In this document: positions 1 through 9,968 of the stretch, in pieces
Layout of the letters: each line of letters opens with the position of its first letter
How positions within the stretch are numbered: the stretch's first letter is position 1
Translations under genes and position numbers: made by a program
Notes under the pieces: model-generated
What the model was told of the DNA's origin: nothing
The model's database searches: none
Seen by the model: only the letters and a program-made list of their open reading frames with translations
NCBI GenBank assembly: GCA_041649115.1
Contig: JBAZNT010000002.1
Coordinates: 48,666-112,665 of the forward strand
Origin: Candidatus Omnitrophota bacterium
Lineage (GTDB): Bacteria > Omnitrophota > Gorgyraeia > Gygaellales > Profunditerraquicolaceae
Direction: 5' to 3'
Length of the DNA: 64,000 nt

Positions 1-848
1 GCATAGATATTGTCAATGCTGGTCTTAAGCCTTTCATCCGTAATAATCCTCCCCCTATCCAGCGCGATACCCAATTCCTCGATCCCCGCCATCGAACTGT
101 TTGCTTTCCTGCCTACGCACAAAAGCGATTTTTCGTAACTGTCAATGCCCGCCTGCGGATTATGCGCATCGGTCTGGAGCATAACTTCGATGCCCCTTTT
201 CTTAAAAATCACCTCGATTTTCCTGGCGACCTCTCTGTCCATCCCGGGAAGCAGTTGAGTAGTTTTTTCCATAAGCCCCACCCTGACCCCCAGCATCGAA
301 AATAGGCTGGCGAATTCACATCCAATTGCTCCCCCTCCGATTATCAAAATGGATTCCGGAAGTCGCGTTAAGTTTAGGATATGATTGGAAGAGATAATCC
401 TGTTGCCGTCTATCTTAATGCCCGGCAGCTCTAGCGGCAGCGAGCCGGTTGAGATAAGGATAAACCTGGTTTTTAGATTACGTTGCCCTATCTTTACGGT
501 ATCGCCGGAAAGCAGGCGCGCCTCATCAGGCAAGAAATCAATCCCCTCAAGCAGGGATTTCATTCCGGTCCGCAACTTAGCGATGAGATTGTCTTTTCTG
601 GCTTGAATCCGCGAAAAATCCGGGGAGACGTCATTAACCGTGATACCAAAAGAAGATCCCTTTTGGGCAAGGGCATAAATCCTTGCGGACTGAATCAGGC
701 TTTTGGTGGGGATGCATCCGTAATTAAGGCAGGTGCCGCCTATGGCGTCCTTCTCAACCAGCGCAACCTTAAGGCCCAAGCCCCTTGCCTTCAGGGCGGC
801 ATTAAAGCCTGCCCAACCCGCGCCGATTATAATAAGGTCGTAATCCAT
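1..848 (-). CDS. lpd: dihydrolipoyl dehydrogenase-like FAD/NAD(P) disulfide oxidoreductase (C-terminal part lies outside window)
   Basis: Not in ORF track because it runs off the left edge. Own translation from the ATG at 848 (minus): MDYDLIIIGAGWAGFNAALKARGLGLKVALVEKDAIGGTCLNYGCIPTKSL... Has a GxGxxG FAD fold and the redox-active CLNYGC disulfide. A second Rossmann motif IIGGGAIGCEFAS was read from nt 300-360. Start overlaps the mdh stop (TAATG). Confidence 0.7.
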   Translation of the reverse strand, partial: MDYDLIIIGAGWAGFNAALKARGLGLKVALVEKDAIGGTCLNYGCIPTKSLIQSARIYALAQKGSSFGITVNDVSPDFSRIQARKDNLIAKLRTGMKSLLEGIDFLPDEARLLSGDTVKIGQRNLKTRFILISTGSLPLELPGIKIDGNRIISSNHILNLTRLPESILIIGGGAIGCEFASLFSMLGVRVGLMEKTTQLLPGMDREVARKIEVIFKKRGIEVMLQTDAHNPQAGIDSYEKSLLCVGRKANSSMAGIEELGIALDRGRIITDERLKTSIDNIY

Positions 849-1771
849 TAAGTTAAGGCAATGCCCCTATACTGTTCTTTAAGTTTGGCGGCAACTTCTA
901 ACAGCCTTTCCTTCTGGTGCAGGTCAAGGCCCAGTTCGACAATGCCCTCAATACCTTCTCTACCTATCCTGCAGGGAACCCCAAGACAGGCATCATTGAT
1001 ACCGTATTCCCCCTTGAGGGAAACGCAGGCGCCGATAAGGCGTTTTTCATCCTTTACGACTGCTTTTACCATAGCAGTAATTGCCGCTGAAGGGGCAAAA
1101 TAAGCGCTACCGCTTCCCAGGAGCGTTACTATTTCGTGCCCGCGAGCCACCGTCCTTTTAATAAGAACAGCTGCCTTTTCATCGTCTATGATTTCGTCCA
1201 GGGGTATGCCTTTTATGATGGTGAATCTCGCTAGCGGCATCATCCCCTCTCCGTGACTTCCGATAACGCACGGTTCGATATCGCTCAAAGCTACCTTTAA
1301 TTCCTCGGATATGATATTAGCAAACCTTGAGGCATCCAGGCTTAACCCCATTCCAAACACGCGCTCTCTTTTAAAGCCGGTTGCCTCCAGGACAAGGCGC
1401 GTCATAAGGTCCAGAGGATTGGTTACTACGATTACAACCGCTTCCGGAGCAAACCTTTTAATATCCAGAGAAACTCCCCTTACAATGGAGGCGTTTTTAT
1501 TTAGCAGCTCCTCGCGCGTCATGCCTGGCTTACGGGCAAGCCCGGCCGTAAACACGACAATGTCGCAACCCGCAATATCACCGATATCGGCGCTTCCCTT
1601 TATGTCATAGTCGGCCTTGAGCGCCTGACGGGCATCCTGTATGTCAAAGGCCTTGCCTTCCGCCAGGCCTTTGACGATATCCACCAGCAGAATTTCTCCT
1701 GCGCCTTCCTGGGCAAGGCGCATGGCAGTCAAGCTCCCCACATTCCCGGCTCCAATAATCGCAATTTTCAT
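848..1771 (-). CDS. mdh: malate dehydrogenase (LDH-like family)
   Basis: 307 aa. GAGNVG Rossmann motif. Substrate-specificity Arg in GLARKPGMTR (Arg means MDH, Gln would mean LDH). Catalytic His in IGSHGEG. Confidence 0.85.
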   Translation of the reverse strand: MKIAIIGAGNVGSLTAMRLAQEGAGEILLVDIVKGLAEGKAFDIQDARQALKADYDIKGSADIGDIAGCDIVVFTAGLARKPGMTREELLNKNASIVRGVSLDIKRFAPEAVVIVVTNPLDLMTRLVLEATGFKRERVFGMGLSLDASRFANIISEELKVALSDIEPCVIGSHGEGMMPLARFTIIKGIPLDEIIDDEKAAVLIKRTVARGHEIVTLLGSGSAYFAPSAAITAMVKAVVKDEKRLIGACVSLKGEYGINDACLGVPCRIGREGIEGIVELGLDLHQKERLLEVAAKLKEQYRGIALT

Positions 1772-1804
1772 ATTTTTATAATTATGATAACGGGCGCGAC
1801 CGCT

Positions 1805-2884
1805 TTAGATGTTATTAATGATGGCGTCCGCCATCTGCTGCGTGCCGACGCTGGCAGGGTCATCGCGGTTGGGTTTTAAATCATAAGTTACGTATTTACC
1901 TTCGAGCAGGACTTTCTTTACCGCATTCTCAAGCTTCTCTGCCGCGCTATCCTCTCCCAGATACCGCAACATCAGTACTCCGGAGAGTATCATGGCAGTA
2001 GGATTGACCTTATTTAAACCGGCGTATTTTGGGGCTGCGCCGTGCACCGCTTCAAAAACAGCCATATCCTTGCCTATGTTGGCACCGGGGGCGACGCCTA
2101 AACCTCCGATAATCCCTGCGCAAAGGTCGGAGATGATATCGCCGTAAAGATTGGGCAAAACCAGGACATCGTAATCCCGCGGCTTTTGCACCAGCTGCAT
2201 CGCCATGTTATCGACAATTGCCTCTTCAAACTGCACCTTATTTGCATAGCGGCTGGCGACCTCGCGGGCGGTCCTGAGGAACAATCCGTCGCTGAATTTC
2301 ATGATATTTGCCTTATGCACCGCGGTAACTTTTTTGCGGTTATATCTCGTGGCGTATTCAAAGGCAAATTCCACTATTCGCTCCGAGGCGTATCGTGAGA
2401 TTGGCTTGATGGAAACCGCGGAATCAGGCCTGATGCTTTTTTTGGTGTAGCGCTCTATTTCCTTGATAATCTTCGCGGTCTCGGGGCTGCCCTGTTCAAA
2501 TTCTATCCCTGCATAGAGATCCTCGCTGTTTTCCCTGATAATCACCAGGTCAATATCGCGGTATTGGCTCCTTACCCCCGGATAATATTTGGCAGGGCGG
2601 ACGCAGGCGTAAAGGTCCAGTGCCTGCCGGATGGCAACGTTAACCGAACGGAAACCCGTGCCTATCGGGGTAATGATAGGGCCTTTTAAGGCTACCTTGT
2701 TTTTTTTGATGGAATCAAGCGCGGCCTGCGGCAAAATCTGGCCGTGTTTATCCAGGGCTGTCTGGCCTGCCTCCACCTCTTCCCATTCTATTTTTACGCC
2801 GGTCGCATCAACGCACCTCTTAGCGGCTAAGCTCAGTTCCGGACCGGTCCCGTCTCCGGGGATAATGGTTACTCGGTAACTCAT
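1805..2884 (-). CDS. beta-decarboxylating dehydrogenase (isocitrate / homoisocitrate / 3-isopropylmalate dehydrogenase family)
   Basis: 359 aa. Motifs [24 protein letters not shown] and NLYGDIISD. The KANIMK form looks closer to NAD-IDH/HICDH than to classic LeuB. Sits between the leuCD-like pair and mdh. Confidence 0.8.
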   Translation of the reverse strand: MSYRVTIIPGDGTGPELSLAAKRCVDATGVKIEWEEVEAGQTALDKHGQILPQAALDSIKKNKVALKGPIITPIGTGFRSVNVAIRQALDLYACVRPAKYYPGVRSQYRDIDLVIIRENSEDLYAGIEFEQGSPETAKIIKEIERYTKKSIRPDSAVSIKPISRYASERIVEFAFEYATRYNRKKVTAVHKANIMKFSDGLFLRTAREVASRYANKVQFEEAIVDNMAMQLVQKPRDYDVLVLPNLYGDIISDLCAGIIGGLGVAPGANIGKDMAVFEAVHGAAPKYAGLNKVNPTAMILSGVLMLRYLGEDSAAEKLENAVKKVLLEGKYVTYDLKPNRDDPASVGTQQMADAIINNI

Positions 2885-3384
2885 GATAACTTAAGCTCTC
2901 CGTGTTTCTTTAAATAATTTATAATGCCGCCTTCGCTCAATAACTGTTGCATAAACTTCGGAAAGGGGCTAACTGTAATCTCCGAGCCTTTAGTAAGATT
3001 TCTGACTATTCCTTTCTCAAGGTCAATTTCAAGGGTATCGGCCTCGCCGATGCCGCGGGTATCCAATTCTATTAAAGGCAATCCGATATTGAAGGCATTG
3101 CGGTAGAAAATACGCGCGAAGCTGGGGGCGAGCACTGCCTGGATACCTGCCTCTTTGATTACCAGCGGTGCCTGTTCTCGGGAAGACCCCATTCCGAAAT
3201 TTTTACCGGATACGATGAGGGAATGCCCGGGAATGATTTTTTTTGGGAAATCCGCGTCGATATCCTCCATGATATGCTTGGCAAGTTCCTTGATGTCCGT
3301 GATGGCAAACTTATAGCGCCCGGAGATGATAAAATCCGTATTAATATTATCGCCTAATTTTAGCGCCTGCCCGCGGATCTTCAT
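2881..3384 (-). CDS. leuD: aconitase-family dehydratase small subunit (LeuD-like, short archaeal-type)
   Basis: 167 aa with typical LeuD/HACN small-subunit length and motifs ([20 protein letters not shown]). 4-nt overlaps with both neighbours. Confidence 0.75.
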   Translation of the reverse strand: MKIRGQALKLGDNINTDFIISGRYKFAITDIKELAKHIMEDIDADFPKKIIPGHSLIVSGKNFGMGSSREQAPLVIKEAGIQAVLAPSFARIFYRNAFNIGLPLIELDTRGIGEADTLEIDLEKGIVRNLTKGSEITVSPFPKFMQQLLSEGGIINYLKKHGELKLS

Positions 3385-4427
3385 AATTGCCTGAATTCCT
3401 CCGGGTTCTTTACCTTAGATATTGCCATATCCCTGGTGATTAAACCGGAATGGTAAAGCTCCTTGAGGGATTTATCCATGGTTTTCATTCCGTGCTGGAT
3501 GCCTGTTTGCATCAGGGTGGGGATCTGTTCTATCTCCTGCTCACGGATGAGGTTTCTTATCCCGGGAGTCCCTATCATTACTTCGCAGGCCAGGATCCTC
3601 CCCTGTCCCGATGCATGGGGAAGCAGGAGCTGGGAAATCACTCCCTGTATGCAATTGCCTAGCTGCAGCCTCACCTGCTGCTGTTGATGAGGAGGAAATA
3701 CGTCTATAATCCTCTCGATGGTCTGCGGCGCGTCCGGAGTATGCAGGGTAGCCAGCACCAGATGTCCGGTCTCTGCGGCAGTTAAGGCCGTAGAGATTGT
3801 TTCTAAGTCGCGCATCTCACCCACCACTATAACATTAGGGTCCTGCCTGAGAGCCCTTTTTAAGGCCTCGGCAAACGAGTGGGTATCGGAATAGACCTCG
3901 CGCTGTTTGATAACTGCCCTATTATTGACGTACATAAACTCAATAGGATCTTCAATGCATACTATCAGGCATTCCCTTTCTTTGTTGATAAGGTCCACCA
4001 TGGCGGCCAGGGTAGTGGTTTTACCCATACCCGTAGGCCCCGTAACCAAAACCAGGCCGTTGGGCTTACGGGCCAACTCTAGCGCTATCGGCGGTAACCC
4101 TAGTTCCTGAAGCGAGGGGATGACAACCGGCACGCGCCTGAAGGCTGCCTCCACTACCCCGCGTTGCATATGGATATTTACCCTGAATCTATCCATCTCT
4201 GGCAGGGCAATGGAAAAATCCAGCTCCAGCTTTTGCTCAAAGACATCCTTTTGGGCATAGGTCATAAAACTGTAGATCATGCGCTTAAGGTTTTCACGGT
4301 TAAGAGGCTCGCCTTCGCTGCGATAGAGCTTGCCGTCGATACGCAGGATAGGCGGTTCGTTTTCGGTAAGGTGCAGGTCCGAAGCCTTTTTATCAATGCA
4401 CATCAAGAGCAGCTCGCGTATTTCCAT
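3381..4427 (-). CDS. pilT: type IV pilus retraction ATPase PilT
   Basis: 348 aa. Walker A GPTGMGKTTT. Asp box CIEDPIE. His box LATLHT. PilT-specific GIRNLIRE motif. Embedded between the leuC-like and leuD-like genes with a 4-nt overlap to leuD. Confidence 0.85.
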   Translation of the reverse strand: MEIRELLLMCIDKKASDLHLTENEPPILRIDGKLYRSEGEPLNRENLKRMIYSFMTYAQKDVFEQKLELDFSIALPEMDRFRVNIHMQRGVVEAAFRRVPVVIPSLQELGLPPIALELARKPNGLVLVTGPTGMGKTTTLAAMVDLINKERECLIVCIEDPIEFMYVNNRAVIKQREVYSDTHSFAEALKRALRQDPNVIVVGEMRDLETISTALTAAETGHLVLATLHTPDAPQTIERIIDVFPPHQQQQVRLQLGNCIQGVISQLLLPHASGQGRILACEVMIGTPGIRNLIREQEIEQIPTLMQTGIQHGMKTMDKSLKELYHSGLITRDMAISKVKNPEEFRQL

Positions 4428-4441
4428 GCAGCCTCCTCCCG

Positions 4442-5710
4442 TTAAAGATATTTACGCGGATCCGTAATATGCCCCCGCATTGCCGAGGCAACCACGGTTG
4501 CCGGCGATGCCAGGTATATGAAAGCCGAGGGGTTGCCCATCCGGCCTTTAAAGTTGCGGTTGGCGCTCGAAATTACTATTTCTCCGTCGGCAGGAATACC
4601 GTTATGCGTGCCTACGCAAGGTCCGCAGCCTGGAGCGACCACTGCTGCGCCCGCCTTGACCAATACGTCAATTATACCCGAATTCAACGCCTCAAGCAAT
4701 ATGCTGCGTGAGGCCGGCGCTACGATAAACTTAACCCCCTTTGCTATGCTGCGGGATTTAAGCATCTTGGCGGCAACCCTTAAATCGTCCAGCCTGCCGT
4801 TAGTACAGGTGCCCAGGAATGCCTGGTCTATCTTTATCTTTTTGAGATTCTCCGCCGGCCCTGCGCTGTCAACGCTATGCGGAGAAGAAACCTGGGGGGA
4901 GAGCCTCGAGATATCGTATTCGATAACTGCATCGTAGCTGGCATCCCGGTCCGCCGTAACGGCCTTGAACTTATGTTTCTTGGCCCGCATCTTAAGCCAC
5001 GAGATAGTCTTCTTATCAACCGGCATAAAGCCGGTCTTTGCCCCCATCTCTACTGCCATATTGGAAATAGTAAAGCGGCCGTCCATGCCTAGCTTGTCTA
5101 TTACGGGACCGGAAAACTCTATTGCTTTATAGGTTGCTCCGTCTGCGCCGATACGGGTAATGATATAAAGGATGAGGTCTTTGGCAAATACCCCCTTAGG
5201 AAGCTTCCCTCTCAGGATAATTTTTACGGTCTCAGGGACCTTAAACCAGCTTTTGCCGGTTGCCAGCGCTACCGCTAAATCAGTAGAGCCTACCCCGGTA
5301 GAAAAAGCCCCCAAGGCCCCGTAGGTAGAGGTATGGGAGTCCGCTCCGAGCACCAGGTCTCCGGGCAGGACCTGCCCGGATTCCGGTATAACCTGGTGAC
5401 ATATGCCGCATCCGATATCGTAAATCCTGGCGCCGTAGTCTGAGGCAAACCCCCGCATTTTTTTGTGGACGCGCGAAACCCCTTCGCTTGGAGAAGGCGC
5501 GCTGTGGTCTATCACCATGCAGAAAGGGGCCTTAAGATGCTTAAGCCCCATTTCCCTTACGCGGTCGATTATAATCGATGATGTGCCGTCCTGGCCGAAA
5601 GTAAAATCTATTTTGCAGACGGCAAAATCGCCTGCCGAAAGCCGCCTGCCGCAATGATTGCCAAGTATCTTTTCCGCAGTAGTCTTGCCCATCAGATTTT
5701 GGTTATCCAC
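4442..5710 (-). CDS. leuC: aconitase-family dehydratase large subunit (LeuC-like, short archaeal-type)
   Basis: 422 aa. Fe-S ligand motifs GTCTNGR and APGCGPCVG. ADSHT substrate motif. Confidence 0.8.
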   Translation of the reverse strand: MDNQNLMGKTTAEKILGNHCGRRLSAGDFAVCKIDFTFGQDGTSSIIIDRVREMGLKHLKAPFCMVIDHSAPSPSEGVSRVHKKMRGFASDYGARIYDIGCGICHQVIPESGQVLPGDLVLGADSHTSTYGALGAFSTGVGSTDLAVALATGKSWFKVPETVKIILRGKLPKGVFAKDLILYIITRIGADGATYKAIEFSGPVIDKLGMDGRFTISNMAVEMGAKTGFMPVDKKTISWLKMRAKKHKFKAVTADRDASYDAVIEYDISRLSPQVSSPHSVDSAGPAENLKKIKIDQAFLGTCTNGRLDDLRVAAKMLKSRSIAKGVKFIVAPASRSILLEALNSGIIDVLVKAGAAVVAPGCGPCVGTHNGIPADGEIVISSANRNFKGRMGNPSAFIYLASPATVVASAMRGHITDPRKYL

Positions 5711-6867
5711 CCCTGGAGCCTCTCCATTGCCTTGATAAGCTGGTCCATACCGGTGGCAAAGCTTAGACGGATGCAGTCGCTGCTGCCGAACCCTTCCCCC
5801 GGTATGACAGCCACCATTTCCTCGTTTAGCAAGCGAGTGGCAAATGTCAGGGGGTCCATCTTGGTCTTGGAGATATTGCAGAAAAGGTAAAATGCCCCTT
5901 CGGGCTTAATATAACTAAGTTTATCTATGCTGCTTAACCTGGCAGCGAGGTAATCCCTTCTTTTCTGAAATTCCTTGCACATCTGCCTGCTGAATTCGTC
6001 GGGCGCATTCAGTGCTGCGGCTGCCGCTTTTTGGGATATCGAGCTGGGATTGGAGGTGGAATGATCCTGAAGCCTGCAGATAGCATCTACGATGTCCTGC
6101 GGTCCGGCGAGGTAGCCGATACGCCAGCCGGTCATGGAGTGGCTTTTGGATAAACCGTTAACGGTGAGCGTCAGATTCTGGATCTCGCTTCCAAAAGCGG
6201 CAATAGAATAATGCCTGAGTCCGTCGTAGATTATCTTTTCGTAAATCTCGTCGGAAATCACGAATATTTTCCTGGCGGCGCAGATACGGGCAATCTCCTT
6301 AAGCTCTTCCTTACGGTAAACGCAGCCGGTAGGATTGGAGGGGCTGTTTAATATCAAGAGCTTTGTCTTTATGGTAATGTGTTTTTCAAGGTCTTGGGGG
6401 GTAATCCTGAAGTTATTGCGCTCCTCGGTTTCGATAAAGCGCGGTGTGCCGCCTGCCAAGCGCACCATCTCCGGGTAGCTTACCCAGTAGGGGCTCGGCA
6501 TGATGGCCTCGTCGCCCTTATTAAGTAATACGAAAACGGCATTAAAAATGCTGTGTTTTGCCCCGCATGAAACTACTACCTGAGAAGGGGAATAGTCTAA
6601 GCCGTTATCTTTTTTGAGCTTTTGGGTAATGAGTTTTTTTAATTCCGCGGTTCCGCTGGAAGGGGTGTATTTTGTAAAGCCTGAACGTATTGCCTCGACT
6701 GCGGCATCCTTGATAAAATCGGGGGTGTCAAAATCCGGCTCTCCCGCCGCAAGATTTACGACATCCTTGCCTTCCGACTTTAATTTCTTGGCCTTGCTGG
6801 TAATGGCCAATGTTGAGGAAGAGTTTATCTTTTTTAAGCGTTCGGCAACGCGTGTATCTATCTGCAT
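5692..6867 (-). CDS. class I/II PLP-dependent aminotransferase (aspartate/aromatic aminotransferase-like)
   Basis: 391 aa. Motifs NLAAGEPDFDTP and PLP-lysine SKSHSMTGWRIGY. Overlaps the leuC start by 19 nt. Confidence 0.85.
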   Translation of the reverse strand: MQIDTRVAERLKKINSSSTLAITSKAKKLKSEGKDVVNLAAGEPDFDTPDFIKDAAVEAIRSGFTKYTPSSGTAELKKLITQKLKKDNGLDYSPSQVVVSCGAKHSIFNAVFVLLNKGDEAIMPSPYWVSYPEMVRLAGGTPRFIETEERNNFRITPQDLEKHITIKTKLLILNSPSNPTGCVYRKEELKEIARICAARKIFVISDEIYEKIIYDGLRHYSIAAFGSEIQNLTLTVNGLSKSHSMTGWRIGYLAGPQDIVDAICRLQDHSTSNPSSISQKAAAAALNAPDEFSRQMCKEFQKRRDYLAARLSSIDKLSYIKPEGAFYLFCNISKTKMDPLTFATRLLNEEMVAVIPGEGFGSSDCIRLSFATGMDQLIKAMERLQGWITKI

Positions 6868-6888
6868 TTAGATAGCCAAATAGCGTTA

Positions 6889-7467
6889 TTATAAAGAATC
6901 TCTCTCTTTCTTGAAGATACCCTTAAGGCCCCCCAGGAATTTCTTGTGAGGCTTCTGGGTGACGGGCGGCTTTTCTTTTGTCGCTGCCCGGGACTCGAGG
7001 GTTCCTTTTTCTTGCGACTGTTTCTCTTGCGGCTCGCCCTCTGTCTTTAGGCCGGGGGCCTCTTCTTTTGCGACAGCTTCTTTTGTCTTTTTTGCCTTAC
7101 GCGGCTCTTTTTTGATTTCGGTAAGTTCAAATATTACCATCCGCGCATCATCACCTCTTCTTTGGGAAAAATTTATTATTCTGGTATAACCTCCGGTGCG
7201 TGCCGAAAAACGCTGTCCTATTTCCCCGAAAAGCTTGCTGACTAAATTATGATCCGGGAGCATCGTATAGGCTTCCCTTTTAGCCGCCAGGGTATTTTTC
7301 TTAGCCAGGGAAACCAGTTTTTCCGCTATCGGACGGGCGGCCTTGGCGCGGGTCTCGGTCGTCCTGATGCTTTGACAGATAAACAGATTGCGCACCAGGC
7401 TCAGGACAGTCGCTTTTCTCCAGCTGGTGAAACGGTTGAGTTGATATTTTGTTTTAGCGTGCCTCAT
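6889..7467 (-). CDS. rplQ: 50S ribosomal protein L17 with about 70 aa K/E-rich C-terminal tail
   Basis: 192 aa. N-terminal about 120 aa is bL17 (MRHAKTKYQLNRFTSWRKA...GGYTRII). The tail is a lysine/glutamate-rich low-complexity extension. Confidence 0.9.
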   Translation of the reverse strand: MRHAKTKYQLNRFTSWRKATVLSLVRNLFICQSIRTTETRAKAARPIAEKLVSLAKKNTLAAKREAYTMLPDHNLVSKLFGEIGQRFSARTGGYTRIINFSQRRGDDARMVIFELTEIKKEPRKAKKTKEAVAKEEAPGLKTEGEPQEKQSQEKGTLESRAATKEKPPVTQKPHKKFLGGLKGIFKKERDSL

Positions 7468-7475
7468 AGTTGCCT

Positions 7476-8465
7476 CTACCTCTTTAGTTTTTTAGAATCT
7501 ACCTGCATCCCGAGGGCAAGGTTCATTCCCGCCAGGAGCTGTTTGATTTCAGTCAGGGATTTCTTTCCGAAATTCTTAAATCCCAGCATTTCTTCTTCGG
7601 TCTTTTTAACCAGGTCTGCGATGGCCTTGATGCCGGCCTCGCGCAGGCAGTTGGAACTGCGCACGGATAGCTCCAATTCAGAAATCGGAAGTTTTAATTT
7701 TTCATAGAGCTCGATTTCTTCCTTGGTCATCTCTATCTCTTCCTCCATCTCATCCTCGGGGAGCTGGCCAAAGTTGACAAAGATGTCGAGGTGACGCTGC
7801 AAGATATTTGATGCATATAGAAGCGCATCCTTAGGGCTAACGGCCCCGCTAGTATAAATCTCCATTATTAATTTATCGTAATCCGTCTTCTGCCCCACGC
7901 GGGTATTTTCGACGTGAAAATTAACTTTTTTTACGGGACTGAAGATTGCGTCTAACGGGATGGTCCCGATAGGCTGGTCTTCGCGCTTGTTAAGTTCTGC
8001 CGGAACATAACCCCTGCCCCGCGCTACCTCCATCTCAACATTAAACTTGGCGTCTTTGGTAAGTGTTGCAATGTGCAGTTCGGGATTAATGATCTCGATG
8101 GTCTCATCAGCCTCTATATCCTTGGCCTTGACCTCCCCCTTATCGCTCTTCTTGATATAGATAGTCTTGGGAATCTTGGAATGAGAATTTATTATCAGGC
8201 TTTTAGTGTTAAGTATTATTTCCGTTACGTCCTCGTATACCCCGGGGACAGTGGAAAACTCATGGCTGACCCCGGCAATTTTAATCGAGGTCACGGCGCT
8301 GCCTTCGATCGAAGAAAGGAGTACGCGCCTTAACGAATTAGCCAGGGTAATGCCGTAGCCTTTCTCGAAAGGAGCGGCAGTAAACTTTCCGTATGTTGCG
8401 CTATAGCTCGACTCATCGCACTCCAGCCTTTTCGGTAACTGAAAATCTCTCCATTTTATCCCCAT
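7476..8465 (-). CDS. rpoA: DNA-directed RNA polymerase subunit alpha
   Basis: 329 aa. Classic alpha N-terminal domain and C-terminal domain (LELSVRSSNCLREAGI). Confidence 0.95.
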   Translation of the reverse strand: MGIKWRDFQLPKRLECDESSYSATYGKFTAAPFEKGYGITLANSLRRVLLSSIEGSAVTSIKIAGVSHEFSTVPGVYEDVTEIILNTKSLIINSHSKIPKTIYIKKSDKGEVKAKDIEADETIEIINPELHIATLTKDAKFNVEMEVARGRGYVPAELNKREDQPIGTIPLDAIFSPVKKVNFHVENTRVGQKTDYDKLIMEIYTSGAVSPKDALLYASNILQRHLDIFVNFGQLPEDEMEEEIEMTKEEIELYEKLKLPISELELSVRSSNCLREAGIKAIADLVKKTEEEMLGFKNFGKKSLTEIKQLLAGMNLALGMQVDSKKLKR

Positions 8466-8501
8466 CTTTATAGCTCCTTTTTATTGCTGGTATTTTTAAT
8501 T

Positions 8502-9128
8502 TTACTTGGAGTATAACTCTACGATAAGCTGTTCCTGGATATCGGCAGGTATATCATTTTTCTCAGGCAGCCTTAATACCCTGGCCTTCAGATCCCGGGC
8601 ATTAAATTCCATCCAGGATACCGGATTCCTGTCTTTGACCAATTCCAGGTTTTCTCTTATGCGTTCAAGCGTTTTGTCTTTTGCCCGAACCTCAATAATG
8701 TCGTCTTTGCTCACCAGGTATGACGGTATATTAACCCGCCTCGAGTTAATATAAATGATATTATGTCTTACCAGTTGCCGGCCCTGGGGCCGCGAAACTC
8801 CCAATCCCAGACGGAAGACAGCGTTATCAATCCTGCGCTCAAGTATCTGCAGCAATACTTTTCCGGTAACGCCCTTGGATTTAGAGGCGGTTTTAAAATA
8901 CCTGCGGAACTGTTTTTCCAGTACCCCGTATATCCTTTTGACCTTTTGTTTTTCTCTCAACTGCAGGCCGTAGTTTGACAGCTTTACCCTGCTTAAACCA
9001 TGCTGCCCGGGAGCGGTGCTTCTCTTGGCAAAGATACATTTGGGGGTATTGCACTTATTTCCTTTAAGAAATAATTTTTCGCCTTCCCTCCGGCATAACC
9101 TGCAAACTGCCTTGGTATAACGAGCCAT
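8502..9128 (-). CDS. rpsD: 30S ribosomal protein S4
   Basis: 208 aa. MARYTKAVCRLCRREGEKLFLKG with N-terminal Zn-binding Cys cluster. Confidence 0.95.
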   Translation of the reverse strand: MARYTKAVCRLCRREGEKLFLKGNKCNTPKCIFAKRSTAPGQHGLSRVKLSNYGLQLREKQKVKRIYGVLEKQFRRYFKTASKSKGVTGKVLLQILERRIDNAVFRLGLGVSRPQGRQLVRHNIIYINSRRVNIPSYLVSKDDIIEVRAKDKTLERIRENLELVKDRNPVSWMEFNARDLKARVLRLPEKNDIPADIQEQLIVELYSK

Positions 9129-9131
9129 CTA

Positions 9132-9521
9132 TTACACTCTCCTTTTCTTTTTGGCACGGCAGCCATTATGCGGTATGGGCGTTACATCCTTTATGGAAGT
9201 GACGGTAATCCCTGCTGCCTGAATTGCGCGGATTGCGGATTCCCTTCCGAATCCCGGGCCTTTTACGCAGACTTCGAGCTCCTTTATCCCGATCTCCCTG
9301 GCTTTCTTGGCGGCGTCAGATGCCGCGACCTGCGCTGCAAAGGGCGTAGATTTTTTTGAACCGCCGTAACCCACGACTCCCGGGGCGGACCAAACCAGAA
9401 CATTACCCTGCTTATCGGTAATAGTGATAATCGTATTGTTAAAAGTTGCCCGTATATGCGCTATGCCGGAACTGATGCCCTTGGCAATCTTCTTTTTCTT
9501 TGCTTTATCCTTGGTAGCCAT
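9132..9521 (-). CDS. rpsK: 30S ribosomal protein S11
   Basis: 129 aa. uS11 motifs ([29 protein letters not shown]). Confidence 0.95.
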   Translation of the reverse strand: MATKDKAKKKKIAKGISSGIAHIRATFNNTIITITDKQGNVLVWSAPGVVGYGGSKKSTPFAAQVAASDAAKKAREIGIKELEVCVKGPGFGRESAIRAIQAAGITVTSIKDVTPIPHNGCRAKKKRRV

Positions 9522-9940
9522 TAGGCCTTACCTCCTTTTGCTGCTGCCGCAGGTTTTTTATCATCGACCTTCTTTACCAAGACGGTCCCGCTGCGCTTGG
9601 GCCCCTTGCGGGTGCGTGCGTTGGTACGGGTACGCTGCCCTCTTACCGGAAGCCCCTTCTTGTGGCGGTAGCCTCTCCAGGAACCGATATCGCTCAATCT
9701 CTTTATGTTCTGAGATATTTCCCGGCGCAAATCACCCTCTATCTTATAAGTCCCCTTTTGTATAACATTGACTATCTGGGCAACCTGGGATTCGTCTAAA
9801 TCCTTAGCCCGCATATCCGGGCTGATACCCGCCTCTTTAAGGATTTGATTAGCTACAACCCTGCCGATACCGTAAAGATAGGTAAGGGCTACCTCCATCC
9901 TTTTCTCTTTAGGGATATCTACACCTAACAGTCTTGGCAT
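9521..9940 (-). CDS. rpsM: 30S ribosomal protein S13
   Basis: 139 aa. [26 protein letters not shown]. Short basic C-terminal extension. Confidence 0.95.
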   Translation of the reverse strand: MPRLLGVDIPKEKRMEVALTYLYGIGRVVANQILKEAGISPDMRAKDLDESQVAQIVNVIQKGTYKIEGDLRREISQNIKRLSDIGSWRGYRHKKGLPVRGQRTRTNARTRKGPKRSGTVLVKKVDDKKPAAAAKGGKA

Positions 9941-9968
9941 AAGTCTAAAGCTCCTTTTTTAGCAAAGG

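Noticed and set aside
385-851. Plus-strand ORFs 385-606 and 483-851 at the left edge
   Set aside because: They are antisense to a clear lpd-like gene read off the minus strand (GxGxxG plus the CLNYGC active site). No motifs.
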